DNA of 25,655 bases. It comes from an uncultured Nitrospiraceae bacterium. GTDB taxonomy: Bacteria; Nitrospirota; Thermodesulfovibrionia; UBA6902. Of this stretch, positions 25,126 through 25,655 are shown in pieces. The notes under the pieces are model-generated. The model had not been told where the DNA came from, searched no databases, and worked only from the letters and a program-made list of their open reading frames with translations. Made by a program: the position numbers and the translations under genes. How positions within the stretch are numbered: position 1 is the stretch's first letter; each line of letters starts with the position of its first letter. Where the stretch lies: contig CAYPIT010000001.1 in NCBI GenBank assembly GCA_964410825.1, positions 1 to 25,655 on the forward strand. Direction: 5' to 3'.

Positions 25126-25320
25126 TTACTTGCTTCTCTTGAATCTCAGGGCCTTCATCTTTTTCTTACGCGCTTCGATACGTTTTTGCTTCTCTTTTAC
25201 AGAAGGTTTTTCATGGAACCTGCGCTTTTTCAATTCCTTAAAAAAACCTTCTCTCTGAAGCTTGTTTTTTAGATCCCTGATCGCTTTTTCTATATTGTTC
25301 CCGTGTACTTTTATTTCCAA
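25126..25320 (-). CDS. rpsU: 30S ribosomal protein S21
   Basis: IEKAIRDLKNKLQREG...KRRFHEKPSVK; TTG start with purine-rich RBS. Confidence 0.95.
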   Translation of the reverse strand: MEIKVHGNNIEKAIRDLKNKLQREGFFKELKKRRFHEKPSVKEKQKRIEARKKKMKALRFKRSK

Positions 25321-25655
25321 ACTCTCTTACCCTCTTCCTTTGATATGTCTTGTATATAGTCTCTTGCTGAAAATGAACATCACTCGACAAGAAACTAAAA
25401 AATCCTGGTAGATTCTAATTTGTATTTATATTCCAATGGTTAAGCAAGTGATATTCTAACATAAGTGAATTAATATTTGGTATCAAATAAATGAATTTTA
25501 TACAATATGTATTAGTTAGCCAATTTTTCTTCTTCCAATTTACAACTTTTGACTGTTATTCATGTAACTGGTTAATATTAAAAACTATTTTCAGTAAATT
25601 GCCATTCCGCTGATATCATTACCTTGATCTCCATGACTTGTACACGAACCGGAAG

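Noticed and set aside
25591-25655. Possible C-terminal end of a minus-strand gene at the right edge (...SGSCTSHGDQGNDISGMAIY*)
   Set aside because: Only 20 codons are visible; it cannot be told from chance.

Overview
AT-rich (roughly 35-40% GC by eye) bacterial chromosome segment. The gene order pheA-hisC-tyrA-aroA-cmk-plsC-rpsA-sppA-ihfB suggests Nitrospirota (Thermodesulfovibrionia-like) or a related deltaproteobacterium-like lineage; this is an inference. From left to right: (1) A minus-strand cell-envelope cluster: processive GT2 synthase, predicted outer-membrane beta-barrel, membrane-anchored TPR protein whose 5' end is frameshifted in an A9 tract, and a GT-C-fold glycosyltransferase missed by the ORF track. 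(2) A three-gene redox module: ArsR with C-terminal CC, a single-domain rhodanese, and a 1091-aa protein fusing a four-cluster Fe-S (PsrB/NrfC-type) domain N-terminal to a Psr/Phs/Soe-type Mo-bisPGD catalytic domain, with no Tat leader and no adjacent membrane anchor. (3) The housekeeping aromatic/rpsA supraoperon and cobA-hemD, with REP-like palindromes. (4) A decayed accessory hotspot (about 19.77-22.06 kb): ORF6N gene, 5' stubs of a PLD/SNF2 helicase-like gene, a MazG-like gene and a probable HEPN gene, a frameshifted CxxC/CxxC protein and an orphan MNT. (5) rnr, a cold-shock gene with a structured leader, a basic C3H hypothetical protein and rpsU. No tRNA, rRNA, CRISPR array, transposase or integrase was seen. 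The best candidates for undescribed systems are the ArsR-rhodanese-fused Mo enzyme module and the GT2/beta-barrel/TPR/GT-C cluster. All family calls come from motif recognition, not database searches.
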